Shown here piece after piece: positions 59,513-64,000 of a stretch of DNA of 64,000 nucleotides. The stretch comes from an uncultured Actinomycetes bacterium. GTDB lineage: Bacteria; Actinomycetota; Thermoleophilia; UBA2241. The stretch lies in the NCBI GenBank assembly GCA_963767005.1, contig CAVYCN010000006.1, positions 128,001-192,000 on the forward strand. The letters are read 5' to 3'. The notes under the pieces are model-generated. The model saw only the letters and a list, made by a program, of their open reading frames with translations. It ran no database searches and was not told the DNA's origin. The translations under genes were made by a program, and so were the position numbers. Position 1 is the first letter of the stretch; each line of letters opens with the position of its first letter.

Positions 59513-60663
59513 AGCGCCACCTCGCTCTTCATGAAGACCTGCTCGGCGGCGCCCACGGAGGCGCCCCACCTGACGTCGTAGCCCAGCTCGGCGAGCACCA
59601 TCTCGACGACCGACAGTCCGACCACGATGTCGGAGGCGCCGAAGTAGCCGCAGTGGCCGAAGCGGAAGATCTGACCCTTGAGGCGGCCCTGGCCGCCGGC
59701 CAGCCACACGCCGTAGCGGTCGCGCGCGAGCTTGCCGATCTTGCCGCCGTCGACGCCGGCCGGCACCTTGACGGCCGTGACCGAGTTGGCGGCCGGGTCG
59801 TCGGGGCCGAACAGCTCGAGGCCGAGCGCCTTGACGCCCTCTTTGCAACCCCGGCTGAGCACCGCGTGGCGGGTGAACACGTTGGGGAGGCCCTCGGCCC
59901 GGATCATCTCGATCGCCTTGTTCAGCATGACGAACAGCGAGACGGCCGGCGTGAACGGCGTCTGACCGTCCTTGGCCTTGTCGCGGTAGGACGGCCAGTC
60001 GAAGTAGAAGCGCGGCTGGATGGCCGCCGCGACGACCTTCCAGGCCTTCTCGCTCACGGCGACGCTGGCCAGGCCGGGCGGGATCATGAGCGCCTTCTGC
60101 GAACCGGCCACACAGACGTCGACCTGCCACTCGTCGGTCGGCAGGTCGGTCGCGCCCAGGCCGGAGATGGCGTCGACCACGAGGATCGCCGGGGTGCGGG
60201 CCACGATCTCGCCGATCGCCTTGATGTCGTTGACCACGCCGGTCGAGGTCTCGGAGAACTGCGTGTAGACGGCCTTGGCCTCGGGGTGGTCGGCCAGGGC
60301 CTGAGCGATGGCGGCCGGATCGGCCTTGGTGCCCCACTCGAAGTCGAGGGCGACGACGTTGGCGCCCCACTTCTTGTTGAGTTTCACCCAGCGCTCGCCG
60401 AAGTTGCCGACCGACGCGACGATCACGGTGTCGCCGGGGTTCACGACGTTGACCACGGCCGACTCCATGGCGCCCGTGCCGGAGGCGGCGAAGATCACGA
60501 CGTCGTTGCTCGTCTGGTAGACGTACTGCAGGCCGGCGACGCACTCGTGGAAGATCTCGACGAAGCGCGGCGCGCGGTGGTGCACGATGGGCTCGGCGCC
60601 GGCGAGCAGGACCTCGGGCGGCACCGGCGTGGGGCCCGGGGTGATGAGAAAGCGCTTCAGCAT
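59509..60663 (-). CDS. class V PLP aminotransferase (serine-pyruvate type; probable phosphoserine aminotransferase by context)
   Basis: TPGPTPVP, SGTGAMES, ETSTGV, VDAISG, GSQKALM.PPG; coupled to serA. Confidence 0.92.
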   Translation of the reverse strand: MLKRFLITPGPTPVPPEVLLAGAEPIVHHRAPRFVEIFHECVAGLQYVYQTSNDVVIFAASGTGAMESAVVNVVNPGDTVIVASVGNFGERWVKLNKKWGANVVALDFEWGTKADPAAIAQALADHPEAKAVYTQFSETSTGVVNDIKAIGEIVARTPAILVVDAISGLGATDLPTDEWQVDVCVAGSQKALMIPPGLASVAVSEKAWKVVAAAIQPRFYFDWPSYRDKAKDGQTPFTPAVSLFVMLNKAIEMIRAEGLPNVFTRHAVLSRGCKEGVKALGLELFGPDDPAANSVTAVKVPAGVDGGKIGKLARDRYGVWLAGGQGRLKGQIFRFGHCGYFGASDIVVGLSVVEMVLAELGYDVRWGASVGAAEQVFMKSEVAL

Positions 60664-60948
60664 GGTCGTCCTTTCAGGTTCTCGGTCGGGGCCCGCGCAA
60701 GGCGCGGGCGGCGGGCGAAAGACGTTGGCCGAGTGGTACCCGCGGGCGGCGAGTGCCGGACGGCCGGCGGGTCAGACAGGGCACGATCGGGCGATCGTGT
60801 CGCGCGGCAGGAGCAGGGCGCGGCGCAGGGCGTAGGGCGCGTGCAGCTCGCGACGCCGGAAGGGGCGGCGGCCGTGGCACGCGACGGCGTCGTCGCACGA
60901 CGGCAGGGCACAAGAAGCAGAGTGAGGGTAAGGGTGGTGGGCGGAGTC

Positions 60949-60992
60949 CGGCTGGGACGGGCGGGGACCACAGCCCCCGCCCGTCCCAGCCG
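60949..60992. repeat. perfect 18-bp stem hairpin in a long intergenic region
   Basis: CGGCTGGGACGGGCGGGG-ACCACAGC-CCCCGCCCGTCCCAGCCG. Confidence 0.85.
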
Positions 60993-61073
60993 TCACGACG
61001 GGCGATGTGTCGAGTCTCGCATGGCCGGCAGCATAAACGACGGGCCGCGCGGGTGTCCAGTGGTGAGCGCGGG

Positions 61074-61139
61074 GGCCGTCACGCCGCGGCGAGCCACGTG
61101 CGCACAGGCCGTCACGCCGCGGCGGGCAACGTGCACACG
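61074..61139. repeat. two imperfect tandem copies of a 33-bp unit
   Basis: GGCCGTCACGCCGCGGCG.GC.ACGTGC.CAC. starting at 61074 and 61107. Confidence 0.75.
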
Positions 61140-61143
61140 CGCC

Positions 61144-61299
61144 TTAGCGGCGCGCGAACATGACGCTGGTGAGCACCTGCCCGATGATCGCCATCACGCT
61201 CAGGACCATGAAGAGCTGGTCGCGGGTCGCCAGGAACAGCATGAAGAACGTGGCCCAGATGAAGACGCCGACCACCCGCGCGATATTCCGAGTACTCAT
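61144..61299 (-). CDS. small two-TM membrane protein (51 aa), not in the ORF track
   Basis: AAGGAG RBS; MSTRNIARVVGVFIWATFFMLFLATRDQLFMVLSVMAIIGQVLTSVMFARR*; strong G/C bias at third codon positions. Confidence 0.75.
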   Translation of the reverse strand: MSTRNIARVVGVFIWATFFMLFLATRDQLFMVLSVMAIIGQVLTSVMFARR

Positions 61300-61523
61300 C
61301 CCCTCTCCTTGTATGTGCCCGATGGACCGGCGGCCTCGTGCCGGCGCCGACGGCAGCGTGAGTATCGGCAGCCCACCCTCCGCGCCTTGAGCACTTTATC
61401 CATCGCAATCGTACGAAGGATGGTTCCGGCGCGACGCCGGACGACCATCCGAGGTGAGTCCCACGGCGCGAGGATCAGGGCACGACGATGATGGATGCGT
61501 AGAAGGGGGCCGCCGAAAGCGCA

Positions 61524-61557
61524 AGCGGCCCCGGCGGCACACGCCGCCGGGGCCGCT
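61524..61557 (-). terminator. intrinsic-terminator-like hairpin after ilvC
   Basis: AGCGGCCCCGGCGGC-ACAC-GCCGCCGGGGCCGCT, 15-bp perfect stem about 40 nt after the stop. Confidence 0.65.
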
Positions 61558-61595
61558 GTTCCGACCGACCGTTGCGCGAAGTGCGCTCCGAGCGC

Positions 61596-62606
61596 TCAGG
61601 CGTCGAGGTCGAACCCGCGCTCGCCGATCCAGCTCATCATGCCGCGCAGCTTCTTGCCGACGATCTCGATCTGGTGCTCCTTGCCCTGCTGCTGGAGCGC
61701 GTTGAAGACCGGCCGGCCGGCCTGGTTCTCGAGGATCCACTCGCGGGCAAAGGCGCCCGAGCGGATGTCGGCCAGCATGCGCCGCATGCGGTCGCGCGTG
61801 TCCTCGTCGATCACGACCGGCCCGCGGGTGAGGTCGCCGTACTCGGCCGTGTCGCTGATCGAGTAGCGCATGCCGCTGATGCCCTGCTCCCAGATGAGGT
61901 CGACGATCAGCTTGAGCTCGTGCAGGCACTCGAAGTAGGCGATCTCGGGCTGGTAGCCCGCCTCGACCAGCGTGTCGAAGCCGGCCATGATGAGCTCGGT
62001 CACGCCGCCACAGAGCACGGCCTGCTCGCCGAACAGGTCGGTCTCGGTCTCCTCTTCGAAGCTGGTCTCGATCACACCGGCGCGCGTGGCGCCGATGCCC
62101 TTGGCGTAGGCCAGGGCGAGGTCCTTCGCCTTGCCGCTCGCGTCCTGGAACACGGCGATCAGCGAGGGCACGCCCTTGCCCTCTTCGTACTGGCGCCGCA
62201 CCAGGTGGCCGGGGCCCTTGGGGGCGACCATGATGACGTCGACGTCCTTGGGCGGCACGATCTGGTTGAAGTGGATGTTGAAGCCGTGGGCGAACATGAG
62301 GACCTTGCCGGCCTTCAGCTTGGCGGCGACGTCGCTCTTGTAGAGGCGCGCCTGCACGTCGTCGGGCACGAGCATGATGATCATGTCGCCGCGCTCGGCC
62401 GCGGCGGCCGCCGAGAGGATCTCGAAGCCGGCCTTCTGGGCGCGCTCGGCATTGGGCGTGCCTGGCAGGTCGGACACGACCACGTTGACGCCCGAGTCGC
62501 GCAGGTTCTGGGCGTGGGCGTGACCCTGGCTGCCGAAGCCGATCACGGCGACGGTCTTGCCTTTGATCAGGCCGAGATCAGCGTCTGCGTCGTAGTACAT
62601 CTGCAC
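61596..62606 (-). CDS. ilvC: ketol-acid reductoisomerase
   Basis: [50 protein letters not shown]; AAGGAG RBS before GTG. Confidence 0.98.
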   Translation of the reverse strand: MQMYYDADADLGLIKGKTVAVIGFGSQGHAHAQNLRDSGVNVVVSDLPGTPNAERAQKAGFEILSAAAAAERGDMIIMLVPDDVQARLYKSDVAAKLKAGKVLMFAHGFNIHFNQIVPPKDVDVIMVAPKGPGHLVRRQYEEGKGVPSLIAVFQDASGKAKDLALAYAKGIGATRAGVIETSFEEETETDLFGEQAVLCGGVTELIMAGFDTLVEAGYQPEIAYFECLHELKLIVDLIWEQGISGMRYSISDTAEYGDLTRGPVVIDEDTRDRMRRMLADIRSGAFAREWILENQAGRPVFNALQQQGKEHQIEIVGKKLRGMMSWIGERGFDLDA

Positions 62607-62808
62607 GTCTCCTTCTCGTGACGCCCCGCCGGGGCGACTGCACTCGGAACTTGGAACTTTACTTCGTCGGGCCGCGCGCGGCAACGCGACCGGGAGCGTC
62701 AGAACGTCGACGCGGCACCCATCAGGAGGGCCCGGGGGTGCGGGGAGGGTGGAGCATGGTGCAGGCTGCGTACCACGCGGCGAAGCCTACGCCGCTCGAC
62801 GTACGGTG

Positions 62809-63387
62809 TCACGAAGGGGGCAGGACGCGCTCGATGCGCCGGTCGGGCACCAGCCAGAGCGCAGCGACGGCGATGTAGAGCGCGTTGCTTGCCACGGGCG
62901 ACGCGAACGCGAGCGGGATCGCGGCGGCGTACATCAGCGGCGAGATCTTGCCCTTGAGGTCGCGGCCCACGGCGGCGGCCAGAAGCGAGCCGGGGCCCTG
63001 CCCGGCGATGATCGTGCGCTGCAGCACGTAGTAGGCGATCGCGGCGAGCAGCAGGACGGTCCCGTAGACGGCCGTCGGCAGGGCCGCGAAGTCGCTGCCG
63101 CCCATCCAGCCGGTCGCGAACGGAAACAGCGAGAGCCAGAACAGCAGCGCCAGGTTGGCCCAGAGCACGCCGCCCGTGACGCGCTCGGTCACGTGCAGCA
63201 TGTGGTGGTGGTTGTTCCAGTAGATGCCGAGGTAGACGAAGCTCAGGACGTAGCTGAAGAAGATCGAGCGCTCGGACCACAGGGCACCGAGGTCGGTGCC
63301 GTGCGGCGGCCGCAGCTCGAGTACGCTGATCGTGATGATGATGGCGAGCACGCCGTCGCTGAACGCCTCGAGCCTGCCGGTCCCCAC
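62809..63387 (-). CDS. TMEM175 family potassium channel
   Basis: RLEAFSDGVLAIIITI.VLE signature; YWNNHH. Confidence 0.93.
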   Translation of the reverse strand: MGTGRLEAFSDGVLAIIITISVLELRPPHGTDLGALWSERSIFFSYVLSFVYLGIYWNNHHHMLHVTERVTGGVLWANLALLFWLSLFPFATGWMGGSDFAALPTAVYGTVLLLAAIAYYVLQRTIIAGQGPGSLLAAAVGRDLKGKISPLMYAAAIPLAFASPVASNALYIAVAALWLVPDRRIERVLPPS

Positions 63388-63459
63388 ACAGCCTCCTGAA
63401 GAGCGCGGGCGGGGCGGGCGGCCGGCGCCGCCGGCCGCCCGCCCCGCCCGTCGTGTCTT

Positions 63460-64000
63460 TCAGGGCATGGTACCCACGGCGGCGAGGGCGGAGAGCTTGA
63501 CCATCGTCGTCCAGTTGCGGCTCGTCACGCCGTCGCCCAGCGCGGCGTTCACCGCCGCCGAGACGCGGCTCGCGATGACCCCGTCGGGACACCACAGGTA
63601 GGTGACCCGGCGACCGAGGACGAGCGCCTCGGCGCCCCAGTCGAGCGCGGCGAGCGGCGCGAGCGCGGCCAGGCCGGCCGCGTCGGCCGGGACGGCGACG
63701 AGCAGGCGTGAGGGGTTGACCGCGACCCCCGCAAACGGGTCGACGGCGACCGCCGCGGCGAGCTCGGCGGCGGTGAGTACGACGACCCGGCACGACACGC
63801 CGAGCCGTTCGGCGAGCGCCGCCTCGATACACGCCGCGGCGACGGCCGGGGTCACGCCGGGCGCGCGGTACACCACGTTGCCGCTGTTCATGAGGGTGCG
63901 GACGTCGTGGTAGCCGAGGTCGCCGACGAGTGCCCGCAGGTCGGCCATGGCGACGCGCTTGGCCGGGCCGACGTTGACGCCACGCAGCAGGGCCGCCTGG
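63460..64000 (-). CDS. DUF1697 family protein (5' end outside the window)
   Basis: ALLRGVNVG..KRVAMADLR, VRTL.NSGNVV, TSRNWTT. Confidence 0.9.
   Translation of the reverse strand, partial: QAALLRGVNVGPAKRVAMADLRALVGDLGYHDVRTLMNSGNVVYRAPGVTPAVAAACIEAALAERLGVSCRVVVLTAAELAAAVAVDPFAGVAVNPSRLLVAVPADAAGLAALAPLAALDWGAEALVLGRRVTYLWCPDGVIASRVSAAVNAALGDGVTSRNWTTMVKLSALAAVGTMP

Noticed and set aside
62607-62808. Possible Val/Leu/Ile leader peptide before ilvC
   Set aside because: The short ORFs there ([18 protein letters not shown]) lack BCAA codon runs, and the V/L-rich stretch has no supported start or separate stop.

Overview
Very GC-rich bacterial chromosomal segment. Gene order, the prfB frameshift and the leaderless-type promoters suggest a deep-branching Actinomycetota lineage (Thermoleophilia-like); this is inference only. 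Almost everything is housekeeping on the minus strand. Reading from right to left: DUF1697 and TMEM175 genes; ilvC; a class V aminotransferase with serA; leuA-leuC-leuD-leuB-ilvE-cimA-FAH-EamA; dnaE-hisZ-hisG-hisD-tsaC-phzF; rpiB, dCMP deaminase and a wecA/tagO-like gene; a complete atp operon and murA; a cell-surface glycan cluster (two LCP-type genes, an O-antigen-ligase/TPR protein, ugd, manC-like, manB, pgi/pmi); ahcY-mtnA, comF, hpf, secA and prfB. Accessory content is small: a TetR-controlled ABC-ATPase/YhgE-Pip operon, a RES-Xre toxin-antitoxin module between secA and prfB, and a second predicted TA pair next to dnaE. No rRNA, tRNA, CRISPR array, transposase or prophage was seen. The most notable unexplained signals are (i) a 22-nt sequence in the ilvC leader that is complementary to the Leu-rich leuA leader 4.9 kb away, (ii) a degenerate nucleoside-phosphorylase-like gene with a 57-bp perfect palindrome inside it, (iii) an LCP / pseudo-LCP / sortase-substrate / O-ligase arrangement suggesting a surface glycoprotein system, and (iv) apparent non-canonical start codons (ATA, ACG, possibly CTG). 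No database searches were run; family calls come from motif recognition.
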